Shown here in pieces: positions 10,523-21,761 of a stretch of 64,000 bases of DNA. The stretch covers positions 102,488-166,487 of the forward strand of contig JBFWNU010000009.1 in NCBI GenBank assembly GCA_050250895.1. Reading direction: 5' to 3'. Source of the DNA: Vulcanimicrobiota bacterium. Lineage in GTDB: Bacteria; Vulcanimicrobiota; Xenobia; Xenobiales; JADMJV01. Position 1 is the stretch's first letter. Each line of letters opens with the position of its first letter. Below the pieces are notes generated by a model. The model ran no database searches and was not told where the DNA came from. It worked only from the letters and a program-made list of their open reading frames with translations. Position numbers and translations under genes: made by a program.

Positions 10523-11199
10523 CAGTTTGTCTCCTCCAGGTTCTCTTTCTGGGTCTGGACACCGCCAGCGATATAGACCAGAGTCAGCACCCCGAAAATG
10601 TAGGCTTGCACCAGGGCTTCGATGATGTGCAACATCAAAATGGGAATGGGAGCCAGAAAGCCGGCCACCATCAAAATCAGTAGAGCCGTCATCTCCAAAC
10701 TCATGACGTTTCCGAACAGACGCACCGCCAGCGCCAGGGTGCGACTCACTTCCGATATCAGGTGAAACGGCAGCAAGATGGGATTGGGGTGCAGATAGTG
10801 GGATAAGTACTTGCGCATGCCCACCGCCCGAATGCCGAACCAGTGCACCGAGAGAAAGCTGAGTACGGCCAGGGCGGCGGTGACGGACAGATCGCGAGTG
10901 GGGCTGTGCAGCCCCGGAATCAAACCCACCAGATTGGCCACCACCAGGACGATCCAGAGGGTTCCAACGAAGGGCAGGACCTCACGATGTCGCTCGCCCA
11001 CGATGCCCTCGATGGCGCTATCGAGCGAGGCCACCAGACCCTCCACCGCCGCCTCGCGCCCGCCGACGGGCTCCGCTCCAGGCCTGACCAGATAGGCCAG
11101 GCCCACCAGGACGCCCGAGACCAGGTAACTGGTCACCACCGACCCCGTCACCTCGAGCGGTCCTAACTGGTAGGTTGCCTGACCGAGCATCGAGTCCAT
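10522..11199 (-). CDS. atpB: N-type ATPase a subunit
   Basis: SRTLALAVRLFGN, VQAYIF. Confidence 0.94.
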   Translation of the reverse strand: MDSMLGQATYQLGPLEVTGSVVTSYLVSGVLVGLAYLVRPGAEPVGGREAAVEGLVASLDSAIEGIVGERHREVLPFVGTLWIVLVVANLVGLIPGLHSPTRDLSVTAALAVLSFLSVHWFGIRAVGMRKYLSHYLHPNPILLPFHLISEVSRTLALAVRLFGNVMSLEMTALLILMVAGFLAPIPILMLHIIEALVQAYIFGVLTLVYIAGGVQTQKENLEETN

Positions 11200-11466
11200 C
11201 AGACACTCCCCCTGACAAACAGATAGACGTTGATAAAGCCCACTACCACACCGCAAACCAGCCCCATCACCGTGCCAAAAGCAGAGTATTCCGCCTGGTG
11301 GCGGTCATACCAGAGCCCGGCGTAGGCTCCCAACACGATGGGCAGGGCCAACAGCAATCCGAGGGTGCCGAGGTAGCGGGTCTGAGCCAGCAAAGTGGGC
11401 CGCTCACGCTCCTGGCGCTTCATCCGCTGGGCTCTCAAGCCCACCTGTTTCTTGAACTCGCCCAGG

Positions 11467-11474
<8 letters not shown>
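11199..11474 (-). CDS. AtpQ/AtpZ (AtpI-like) N-ATPase accessory membrane protein
   Basis: Two TM helices (LGTLGLLLALPIVLGAYAGLWYD); position between atpC and atpB. Confidence 0.85.
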
Positions 11475-13316
<1,842 letters not shown>

Positions 13317-13326
13317 CTAGTGTTCG

Positions 13327-14127
13327 ATGGCGATTCCCAAGATCAACGATCTAGACAACAAGCAATGGAAAGACTACGGCGACATCCTGACCGATAGCCT
13401 CTGGCTCATCAACCGCCGTGACAACACCGGCTCGCACGCGCCCGACTACTGGGGCAACTACATTCCCCAGATTCCCCACCAGATGATGCGGCGCTATACC
13501 CGCAAAGGCGACTGGGTGCTGGATCCCTTTCTGGGGAGCGGAACCACTCTCATCGAGGCCCAGCGAATGGGTCGCCACGGCCTGGGAGTCGAGTTGCAAC
13601 CGCGGGTGGCCGAACTGGCCCAAGAGCGCATCCAGGCCGAGAAAAACCCTCACGCGGTCAAAGCCGAGATCGCGGTGGGCGACTCCAGCAGCTTCAACTT
13701 CAAAAAGCATCTGGGCAAGCTCGGGGTCAAGTCGGTCCAGCTCGCCATGCTACACCCTCCCTATTTCGACATCATCCAGTTCAGCGAAGACCAGCGCTGT
13801 CTTTCCAACGCCACCGACATCGACAGCTTTCTCGAGTCGATGCGAAAGGTGGTGGCCGGCTGCAATAGCGTGCTCGACCCGGGACGCTTCCTCTGCCTGG
13901 TCATCGGCGACAAGTATGCCAAAGGCGAATGGATCCCGCTGGGCTTTCTGACCATGCAGGTGGTGCAAGAAGCCGGCTTTACCCTCAAAAGCATCGTCGT
14001 CAAGAACTTCGAGGAGACGGCCGGCAAGAAAGGAGCCCAGCAGCTGTGGCGCTACCGGGCCCTGGTTGGCGGCTTCTACGTCTTCAAGCACGAATACGTC
14101 TTCGTCTTCCAGAAAAACCGCCGTTAG
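13327..14127 (+). CDS. Orphan amino (N4-C/N6-A) DNA methyltransferase family protein
   Basis: DPFLGSGTT SAM-binding motif followed by HPPY; no adjacent nuclease. Confidence 0.85.
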   Translation: MAIPKINDLDNKQWKDYGDILTDSLWLINRRDNTGSHAPDYWGNYIPQIPHQMMRRYTRKGDWVLDPFLGSGTTLIEAQRMGRHGLGVELQPRVAELAQERIQAEKNPHAVKAEIAVGDSSSFNFKKHLGKLGVKSVQLAMLHPPYFDIIQFSEDQRCLSNATDIDSFLESMRKVVAGCNSVLDPGRFLCLVIGDKYAKGEWIPLGFLTMQVVQEAGFTLKSIVVKNFEETAGKKGAQQLWRYRALVGGFYVFKHEYVFVFQKNRR

Positions 14128-14130
14128 GTA

Positions 14131-15053
14131 GGCGCTGGCTGGGTTTAACCCGGGGACGTTGGCGCTTGCTGGAGTTTAACCCGGGACGTGCGTGCTTGCT
14201 GGAATTTAACGCGGAGATCAAGGCGTTCTCGGAGGGCGCGGAGAGGTTGGCGCTGATGCGGGGGAGGCGCCGGTGGCGTCGGCGGCGGCGAGTTGTGCGC
14301 CGTACAGTGACGATTTGTGAGTGTACGGCGCAAGTGTGCGCCGCACAGTGGTCCTGGTGGTGTGTGCGGCGCACACCGGGCTGGTCCAGCTGCACCGCGT
14401 CATTAGTCGCCAAATGCCGCCCCCGCTGGGGCGGACCTGGTGAGGCCTGTGACCCGCCCCGACCCCGGCTCGCCGCCGTTCTTCCGCACGGAAGAAGCAT
14501 CTTCCAGATGGAAGTGGGAGGTGACCTGGCCAGGCGAGTACGGCACCACCAGGTGCCGAATTCGGCGCTACCCGGCGCCGTACTCCGAGCCCAACCCGCC
14601 AAACCTGGCCAAAGCCGCTGCACCTGCACCGCGCCAGTAGTTGCCGAATCGCCGCCCTCGCTGGGGCGCACCTGGTGAGGCCTGTGACCCGCCCCACCCC
14701 CGTTGCGCCGCCCCGGCCGTCGCCGCGCGCCTCCACCCAAATCAAATTCATGTCCGTCCCAGGATCACACTCCTCCGCGGCCCGCCGCGGATCTCCCAAA
14801 TCGAGCACCCACCTTCGAGATGCCCCCACCCCCTCAGCGCCTTTGCGAACTCGGCGGTTTCCACAACCAGCGCTCCCCTCGGCCAACGCCCACTCCTCCG
14901 CGGCCCTCCGCGGTTTTCCCCAGGTCGAGCGCCCACCTCCGAGAAGCACCACCCCCTCAGCGCCTTTGCGAACTCGGCGGTTTCCACAACCAGCGCTCCC
15001 CTCGGCCAAACGCCCTCTCCTCCGCGGCCCACCGCGGATCTCCGCGGTTCCCC
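14131..15053. repeat. Intergenic mosaic of tandem, direct and palindromic repeats
   Basis: 3x ~30-bp tandem (14131-14220); two palindromes with 15-nt spacers (14296-14376); ~70-bp direct repeat (14390-14460 / 14624-14695); ~123-bp tandem x2.3 (14770-15053). Confidence 0.85.
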
Positions 15054-15066
15054 CAACCGGCGCGCG

Positions 15067-15744
15067 TTAGTTCTTCCGCTGGATGCGGGCCAGCAGCTTT
15101 TTCAGGCCGCTGGTGGGTTTGACCAGATCCTCGGCCAACTGATCCATCTCCCGGGACCGAATGGGCTCGAGGGTCTCGCTCGCCTCTTCTTCCAACATGC
15201 CCTGTTCGCCCGCGGACCGCTCTTCGGCCCACTCCAGCGGAGGCAGATCGTTCAGGCTGTTGAGCCCAAAGTGGCTTAAGAACTCGGGGGTCGTGCCGAA
15301 CTGAAAGGGGCGGCCCGGCACCTCGGCCCGGCCCATCTGGCGCACCAACTGCAAGTCGACCAGTTGAGCCAGGGTGCGGTCGCAGTTGATGCCGCGATAG
15401 CTTTCGAGTTCGGCCCGGGTGATAGGCTGTTTATAGGCGATCACCGACAGCACCTCGAGTTGAGCCCGGGTCAACCGTTTCTTGGTCTGCACCCGCAGCA
15501 GCTTTTCGACATAGGGAGCCGTCTCGGGGCTGGTGACCAGGCGCAGCGACCCGGCCACCCGTTGCAGCTCGATGCCGCGGCCTTCGAGGGCATTGGCTAG
15601 CCTTTGCAAATCTTGACTGACCAGCTCGTCGTCCCAACCGGTGGCCTCGGACAGATCCTTTACGCGCAGAGGCCCGGGGCTGGCGAACAGCATGGCCTCG
15701 ATGGCCCGCACCCGCTCGCTGGGGGGCGGTAGCACTTCACTCAT
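15067..15744 (-). CDS. scpB: SMC-Scp complex subunit ScpB
   Basis: IEAMLFAS, LEVLSVIAYKQPITR, GRP..FGTT.EFL.HFGL.SL.DLP. Confidence 0.95.
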   Translation of the reverse strand: MSEVLPPPSERVRAIEAMLFASPGPLRVKDLSEATGWDDELVSQDLQRLANALEGRGIELQRVAGSLRLVTSPETAPYVEKLLRVQTKKRLTRAQLEVLSVIAYKQPITRAELESYRGINCDRTLAQLVDLQLVRQMGRAEVPGRPFQFGTTPEFLSHFGLNSLNDLPPLEWAEERSAGEQGMLEEEASETLEPIRSREMDQLAEDLVKPTSGLKKLLARIQRKN

Positions 15745-16493
15745 GCGCTCTCCTTGTGTTCGATCTCGATGTCCTCCTGGTAGGACTCCTGATGGAGAGT
15801 CACTCGGCCGCGCCGAGCCAACTCGAGCACGGCCAGGAAGGTCACCACGATCAGGCCCTTCGACGGGTTACCCCCGAGTAGCTGCCGGAAGAAGGCTTTC
15901 GGTTTTCCGCTCAGCCAATTCCAGATCTGAGCCATTCGCTCGGGCACCGAAATCTCGATCTTCTTGAAAGTCGGAGCCGGTTTGAACGGCTCGCCCTTGG
16001 GCTTGAGCAGGCGCAGACTGGCCGCGTGCAGCGAATTGAGCGAGACATCCAGAGCCGGCATGTCGAACTCGGGCAGCTCGCATGGGTGGGGATAGCGGGC
16101 CAGGCTGCGTAGCTCGCGCTCGCCCAGAATGTCCGAGATCTGCTTCATCAGTTTGTACTCACGCAGGCGCTCGACCAGGTCGTTCGGCTCTTCCTCCGAG
16201 GCCTCTTCGCCCATTTCTTCGGCGCTCAGCGGCGGCGGCTCGGGCAGCAAGGCCCGGGACTTGATCTCGAGCAGTTGGGCGAAGACCACCAAATACGAAC
16301 TCTCGATCTCGATGTCGAGGTCTTGCAGGGTCTCGAGGTACTGCTGATACTGCCCGGCCACTGCTGCCAGCGAGATCTCGGTGATCTCGAGTTTGGCGTG
16401 ATCGACGAGATGAAGCAGCAGGTCGAGGGGGCCCTCGAAGGCTGGCAGCTGGACTCTGTAACCGGTGCTCGGCCCCTGCGGCTTTTTGAACAC
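15741..16493 (-). CDS. scpA: Segregation and condensation protein ScpA
   Basis: FEGPLDLLLHLV, VVTFLAVLEL. Confidence 0.95.
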   Translation of the reverse strand: MFKKPQGPSTGYRVQLPAFEGPLDLLLHLVDHAKLEITEISLAAVAGQYQQYLETLQDLDIEIESSYLVVFAQLLEIKSRALLPEPPPLSAEEMGEEASEEEPNDLVERLREYKLMKQISDILGERELRSLARYPHPCELPEFDMPALDVSLNSLHAASLRLLKPKGEPFKPAPTFKKIEISVPERMAQIWNWLSGKPKAFFRQLLGGNPSKGLIVVTFLAVLELARRGRVTLHQESYQEDIEIEHKESA

Positions 16494-17117
16494 CTAGGTC
16501 CCCGTGAAGAGCCCGACCAGCGTGCGCAGCACGGGCTGGAAGATGGGGTCGCCGATAAACTGAAAGCCGACGAAGAGGATGATGACGGCCCACATACCGG
16601 CCGCCTCTTCCCAGTCTTGCATCTGATAGGCGAAGGTGCGGGGCACCACCACCTGCACGATTTTCCAACCGTCGAGGGGCGGGCACGGGATCAGGTTGAA
16701 CAGCCCGAAGCCGGTGTTGGCCAGCACGAACACATAGAGAAACGTGATCAAGGTCGGCTCGTGGACGACGGCGAGTAGCAGCGGCAAGCCGCCCAGAAAG
16801 GCCAGCACGAAATTCGAGAATGGGCCGGCGAAAGCTACCAGAGCCGCGTCGAGAATCGGCTTTCTAAAGTTGTCTCGGTTGATCATCACCGGCTTGGCCC
16901 ACCCATAGACCAGTTGGCCGTGACTCATCATGATCGTGAACAGCATCACCAAAGACCCGATCGGGTCGAGGTGAACCAGCGGGTTGAGCGTCAGCCGACC
17001 CTCGTATTTGGCGGTCGGGTCACCCAACTTGTAGGCCATCAAGCCGTGGGCATACTCGTGCACGGCGAAGGCGACCAACAGCGCCAGAAATGCCGAGATA
17101 AGGACGGTGATGCTCAC
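16494..17117 (-). CDS. Site-2 protease (M50) family membrane metalloprotease
   Basis: HEYAH, AGPFSN, FNLIPCPPLDG. Confidence 0.93.
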   Translation of the reverse strand: MSITVLISAFLALLVAFAVHEYAHGLMAYKLGDPTAKYEGRLTLNPLVHLDPIGSLVMLFTIMMSHGQLVYGWAKPVMINRDNFRKPILDAALVAFAGPFSNFVLAFLGGLPLLLAVVHEPTLITFLYVFVLANTGFGLFNLIPCPPLDGWKIVQVVVPRTFAYQMQDWEEAAGMWAVIILFVGFQFIGDPIFQPVLRTLVGLFTGT

Positions 17118-17227
17118 CTGTTTTGGGTTCGGGTCTGCCTTCGGGCCTTCCTGCGAATGTAGGCTCGGCGGGCTTGGGTGAGAGGGGGGTCCGAACCGGC
17201 GGAAGAAGGAGCCTCTCAGGAGGTTTG

Positions 17228-18694
17228 ATGGCCCTCTGGAACTTGTTCGCCTCGTTCTTTCGGTCTCCGTCCAAAGAAGAGCGCCGCGCTTACCGGCATT
17301 CGGCCAAGAAGGAAGAACCGGTCCGCGTCGACACGCTGCTGAAGAAGGTCGAAAGCGAGCTGAAGTGGTCGGTCGACCTGTCAGCCGTCCCGACCGTGGC
17401 TCCTCGACTGCGACTTGAACTAGACGGCAGCTTCAAGCCTTTTCTCTTCGAGGACGGGCTCTTCGTGGTCCACGGTTCGGTCATCAAGCGCTTTGACTTC
17501 GATGGCCAGCCCACCGGCGAGCTGGCCGCCCCGGTGGCGGGGGCCAAGCCGGTGCACGCTATCGATCCGGACCGATTGGTGATGCACGCGGACCCTCAGT
17601 GGTTCGTGTGGACCCTCTCGAGCAACCGCTGGGACCGGGTCGACCCCGCCTGGGAGAAACTGGTCGCGATCGGCTGGGTGGGCGAAAAACTGGTGGGGTT
17701 TAGCCACGAAGACCGATCGGAGCGCTCGGAAAACTACGACTCCTACGAGATAACCTGGCTGATCAACCCGACCAGCTGGAAGCTGCGCCGGGCCCCGGAC
17801 CCTTCCCTGGGAGGCAAGCTCAAGGCCAGTATCACCAACTACTTCGGAGACCTGCACACCGACTACCGCCGTTCCAGCCTCAGTCGGATAGAGTACCGGG
17901 CGCTCTCTCTGCTCGGAGAAAGAGAATCGAATCCCAACGAGCCCGGGGGAGACGGAGCGACTTTTTCGCAGGGCGAGAGTATCGCCAGGCCGCCCTTCCA
18001 CTGGTCCGCCTATCCCGAGCACCACGAACCGAAGAAGGATGCCTTCTCGGTGCTGGGGCGCCAGGGCGCCTTGTGCGGGACCCGGCCGGGCGTGTTCCTC
18101 TATTGGTATAATCCCGGACTGGTCCCAATCCGCTGCGCCGATTGCGACCGAACCGTGCCGCTCACCCGCCAGGCTTGCGCCTGTGGGGCTTCGTTGCCCG
18201 AGGGTTCGGCCCGCCCGGGGCCGCGATTTTCGGGCCAACTCGAGGCCCAACCCGATTTCTGGCAGCGTTGGCACGGGGCCGCCCGGCTCGATGGCCTCAT
18301 CTCGCCAGGTCGCCTGACGGTATCCGACGACGAAGGCGTCATTCTGAGCGCCGAATTCATTCAGGAGAGGAGCCTGCCCAACGAGGTCATCCTGGCCCAG
18401 AGCCAGGCCCGGCTCTATCTCGTCTGGGCATCCTCGCTCACTGACGGTGGCCGGCTGGCCGAGTATCGACTCGACCCAGAATCGCTCGCCCGCCCGCCCC
18501 AGTTCTACCAGCTCTTCAATCGACTGGAGCGAACGGTCCAGGGTGGGCCCGCCGAATTCCCCTGCGACCTCCGCGGCCTCGTACTCGAGGGGAACCATCT
18601 GTGCCTGGATACCATGGCCGGGCCCCAGCGCCTGCGCATCGAGCCTGAGGGGCTCGTCCTGGAGGCTAACACTCCATCAGTAGCAGATCATTGA
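17228..18694 (+). CDS. Hypothetical protein with a Cys-rich zinc-ribbon-like insert
   Basis: Long open ORF with AGGAGG-like site upstream; CADC...CACG. Confidence 0.65.
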   Translation: MALWNLFASFFRSPSKEERRAYRHSAKKEEPVRVDTLLKKVESELKWSVDLSAVPTVAPRLRLELDGSFKPFLFEDGLFVVHGSVIKRFDFDGQPTGELAAPVAGAKPVHAIDPDRLVMHADPQWFVWTLSSNRWDRVDPAWEKLVAIGWVGEKLVGFSHEDRSERSENYDSYEITWLINPTSWKLRRAPDPSLGGKLKASITNYFGDLHTDYRRSSLSRIEYRALSLLGERESNPNEPGGDGATFSQGESIARPPFHWSAYPEHHEPKKDAFSVLGRQGALCGTRPGVFLYWYNPGLVPIRCADCDRTVPLTRQACACGASLPEGSARPGPRFSGQLEAQPDFWQRWHGAARLDGLISPGRLTVSDDEGVILSAEFIQERSLPNEVILAQSQARLYLVWASSLTDGGRLAEYRLDPESLARPPQFYQLFNRLERTVQGGPAEFPCDLRGLVLEGNHLCLDTMAGPQRLRIEPEGLVLEANTPSVADH

Positions 18695-19862
18695 CGTTAG
18701 TGCCGGTGGGGCCGGTCTTCAAGTGGCCGCCGGCCCGCTCGAAGAAAGCGTACGAGTCGTGAGCCTCGAGATAGAGCGAAGCCTCGAGGCCAAGATCCAG
18801 AGCGGTGGTCACCGTGGCCCCGTCGACCATGGCTCCGGCCGCGTCGGTGGGTCCGTCGGTCCCGTCCGAGGCGCCGGCCAGCAAGCGCAGGCTCGTGTCC
18901 TGAGCGGCCAGGGCGAAGGCCAGAGCCAGCTCCTGGCAGCGTCCGCCGCGACCCGAGCCAGATAGGGTGACGGTGGTCTCGCCGCTGGCCACCACCAGAC
19001 CGCGCCAGCCACCAGCCTGGCGGCGTCGCCCTTCGGCGGCCAGTTGCTCGGCCACCAGCCGGGCTTCGCCCTCGACCCGGTCCGACCACAGCTCGACCCG
19101 CTCGAAGTGGTCGCGCCCAGCCGTCAGGGCGGCCTGAGCCAGAAGCCGGTTGTCACCCACCACCCGATACAGCGAGCGAGAAAAGACCGCTTCGTCGCCC
19201 TTCGGGGTCTCGCGCATCGGCAGCTCCAAGCCCATCGAGTCGGCCAGCGTCCGGGCCTGGGCCAGGGTCGAGCGGTCTGGCACTGTCGGTCCCGAGCCGA
19301 TCACGTCGGCCGGGCTGCCCACCACGTCGCTGAGCGCCAGGGTCACCAATGGGCCGGTCACGCGCAGGGCCAGCTGCCCCCCTTTGACTTGCGAAAGGTG
19401 CTTGCGCACGATGTTGACCTGCTCGATGGTTGCGCCGCTGGCCAGCAGTCGCCGGTTGACCTCGGCCAGGTCAGCGAGCGTCAGGCCTGGGACCGGAGCG
19501 ACCAGCAGCGAAGAGGCTCCTCCGCTCAGGGCCACCAGCACGCGCTGATCCCAGCCATCGAGCTGGCGCAAGATGAACTCGGTGGCCTCGAGCCCGCGCT
19601 GGTCGGGCACCGGGTGGGCGGCCTCGAAGAGAGTCAGGCGAGGGTGGACAAAGGTGCCCAGGTGCTCGTCTTTGGTCAGAACCACGCCCCCCGCCAACTG
19701 CTCGCCCAGCTGCTCGGCGCAAGCCCGGGCCATGGCCGGGGCCGCCTTGCCCACCGCCAACAGCCAGGTCTGGGCTGGGCCAAGCTCGGGCCAGTTGGAA
19801 ATGACGGCCTGGTAAGGGTCCACCGCCTCGAGGGCTTGGCGAAAGATCGCTTCGAGGGGCAT
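18666..19862 (-). CDS. Glycerate kinase type 2 (DUF4147/MOFRL)
   Basis: GKAA, HPVPD, SGGASSL, KGGQLA, GRCQE, DGTDG, TGTNVND. Confidence 0.93.
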   Translation of the reverse strand: MPLEAIFRQALEAVDPYQAVISNWPELGPAQTWLLAVGKAAPAMARACAEQLGEQLAGGVVLTKDEHLGTFVHPRLTLFEAAHPVPDQRGLEATEFILRQLDGWDQRVLVALSGGASSLLVAPVPGLTLADLAEVNRRLLASGATIEQVNIVRKHLSQVKGGQLALRVTGPLVTLALSDVVGSPADVIGSGPTVPDRSTLAQARTLADSMGLELPMRETPKGDEAVFSRSLYRVVGDNRLLAQAALTAGRDHFERVELWSDRVEGEARLVAEQLAAEGRRRQAGGWRGLVVASGETTVTLSGSGRGGRCQELALAFALAAQDTSLRLLAGASDGTDGPTDAAGAMVDGATVTTALDLGLEASLYLEAHDSYAFFERAGGHLKTGPTGTNVNDLLLMEC

Positions 19863-19951
19863 GAAAGCCCATTCCCATCGGCTCAAGAACTCCCTGCCCA
19901 GACTAGAACATGTATACCAGGAACCCATCCCGAGAGGGCGAAGCTGGGCAC

Positions 19952-20614
19952 ATGGCTAGCGAGCACATTCGACTCATGATCGTTGACGACCAGCGGCTCT
20001 TTCGAGAAGGTATCAAGAGCCTTCTCAAAACCCACGATGGCATCGAGGTCGTGGCCGAAGCCGAAGAGGGCCAGCAGGCCGTCGAGATGGCGCCAGACTG
20101 CGCCCCCGACGTGATCTTGCTCGACTTGAACATGCCCGGGATCGACGGCATCGAGACCTGCCGGCTGCTCAAGACCGAGCTGCCCAGCAGCCGCATCGTG
20201 ATCTTGACCGTTTCGAAAGAACTGGCCTCGATCGTGAGCGCGGTCAAGGCCGGGGCCAGCGGCTATTTGACCAAAGACACTCCTTCCGAGAAGGTGGTCG
20301 AAACGGTCAAGCGCGTCTATCGCGAGGGCAACATTCTCGAGCCGTTGCTGGCCGACCGGTTGCTCGACGAGTTCACCAACTTCACCGAAAAGAACAACCA
20401 GGCCCCCGAGGCCGGGCTATTCGCCAGCCTCAGTCCGCGCGAAAACGAGATTCTCAAGTTGGTGGCCGGGGGACGCCCCAACAAGCTAATCGCCGCCGAA
20501 CTCAAAATCTCCGAGCACACCGTGCGCAACCATATCTCGAACATCTTCCAGAAGCTGCAGGTCAACAACCGCACCGAAGCCACCGTGCTGGCCATGAAGC
20601 GAGGCCTGATCTAA
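19952..20614 (+). CDS. NarL/LuxR family response regulator
   Basis: REC (VDD...LLDLNMP...K) plus LSPRE..IL...NK.IA..L.ISEHTV HTH. Confidence 0.95.
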   Translation: MASEHIRLMIVDDQRLFREGIKSLLKTHDGIEVVAEAEEGQQAVEMAPDCAPDVILLDLNMPGIDGIETCRLLKTELPSSRIVILTVSKELASIVSAVKAGASGYLTKDTPSEKVVETVKRVYREGNILEPLLADRLLDEFTNFTEKNNQAPEAGLFASLSPRENEILKLVAGGRPNKLIAAELKISEHTVRNHISNIFQKLQVNNRTEATVLAMKRGLI

Positions 20615-20662
20615 GACCGCTCGTGGCAGGTTCTACCAGTAGCCTCACTTAATTAACCTAGA

Positions 20663-21760
20663 GTGGGCAGTTATGCAGACGATCTTCGGCAGCAGCTCAG
20701 CGAGCTATTGCCGACCAACCGACCGCCCCGGGCCAATCAAGAAGAGCTGACCACGTTCACGCGGCAACTGGCGGCCATGCTCGAGTCGGGCATTCCCCTC
20801 TTTCGAGCCGTCGACTTCATGGCCGATAGCCTCGATGACAACGGGCTACGGCGCGTCTTGCGCGAGGTGGCCTCGGATCTAGCGGTCGGCAAATACTACT
20901 CCAAGGCTCTCTCCAACCATCCTCAGGTCTTCAAAGAGGCCTACTGTGCGGTGGTTCAGACCGGTGAAGCCTCGGGCCAGCTCTCGACCGTGATGGTGCG
21001 CCTGGCCGACCTGATGGAGCGGCAGCTGCGCATGCGCAAAAAGCTCATCTCGGTCTTGACCTACCCGGCCGTGCTCACTTTCGCCTCGGCCGCGAGCATC
21101 GTCTTCTTCATGGTCTTCCTGTTGCCCCAGGTTCAGACCCTCTTTGACGGCCTCAACGTGCGCCTGCCGCTGCCCACCCGCATCGTGCTAGGAGCCCGAG
21201 CCTGGATTATGCCCGGTCTGACCGTGCTGGCCCTGGGGGCGGTGGGTCTGTGGCTGGCCCGGCCCTATCTGCGCAACCGGGCCGACCTGCGCCGTCAAAT
21301 TCACAGGTTCTGGCTCGAGCTACCCATCATCGGCACCCTGGCTCACAAAATGAGCATCGCCGAGGTGCTGGTGGCCTACGTCACCATGCTCGAGGCCGGT
21401 CTGACCGTGGTCGACGGCCTCACCCGAGCCGCCTCGACAGCCGGCAACTCGTGGGTCAAACACCAGATCCTGGCCTCCCGCCAGATGATGTTCGAGGGTG
21501 AAAATCTTTCTGACGCCTTGCGCACGACCGGGGTGGTGCCCGACATGGTCTTGCACCTTCTCACCGCCGGCGAAGAATCCGGTGACGTGCCCCTGATGGT
21601 GCGCCACGCGGCTCATATCTATGAAGAGGAAGTCGAGCTGTCGCTAGAGTCGTTCTCGGCTCTGCTCGAGCCGATCTTGATGGTGGTCATGGGCCTGCTG
21701 GTGGGCTTTATCGTGCTGAGCGCCATCTTGCCCACCGTCGAGCTGATCAAGAGCTTCTGA
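20663..21760 (+). CDS. pilC: Type II secretion F / PilC family protein (standard length)
   Basis: FTRQLAAMLESGIP, GEASGQL, LTYP, GEESG, LLEP. Confidence 0.9.
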   Translation: MGSYADDLRQQLSELLPTNRPPRANQEELTTFTRQLAAMLESGIPLFRAVDFMADSLDDNGLRRVLREVASDLAVGKYYSKALSNHPQVFKEAYCAVVQTGEASGQLSTVMVRLADLMERQLRMRKKLISVLTYPAVLTFASAASIVFFMVFLLPQVQTLFDGLNVRLPLPTRIVLGARAWIMPGLTVLALGAVGLWLARPYLRNRADLRRQIHRFWLELPIIGTLAHKMSIAEVLVAYVTMLEAGLTVVDGLTRAASTAGNSWVKHQILASRQMMFEGENLSDALRTTGVVPDMVLHLLTAGEESGDVPLMVRHAAHIYEEEVELSLESFSALLEPILMVVMGLLVGFIVLSAILPTVELIKSF

Positions 21761-21761
21761 G

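Noticed and set aside
13327-14127. Complete restriction-modification system
   Set aside because: No adjacent endonuclease; the neighbours are atpD and a repeat region.
14131-15053. CRISPR array
   Set aside because: Only 2-3 degenerate copies of each unit, no run of identical repeats with unique equal-length spacers, and no cas genes in the window.
14084-15279. Several overlapping ORFs in the repeat region
   Set aside because: Arg/Pro/Gly-rich translations of repeats with no RBS or family motifs.
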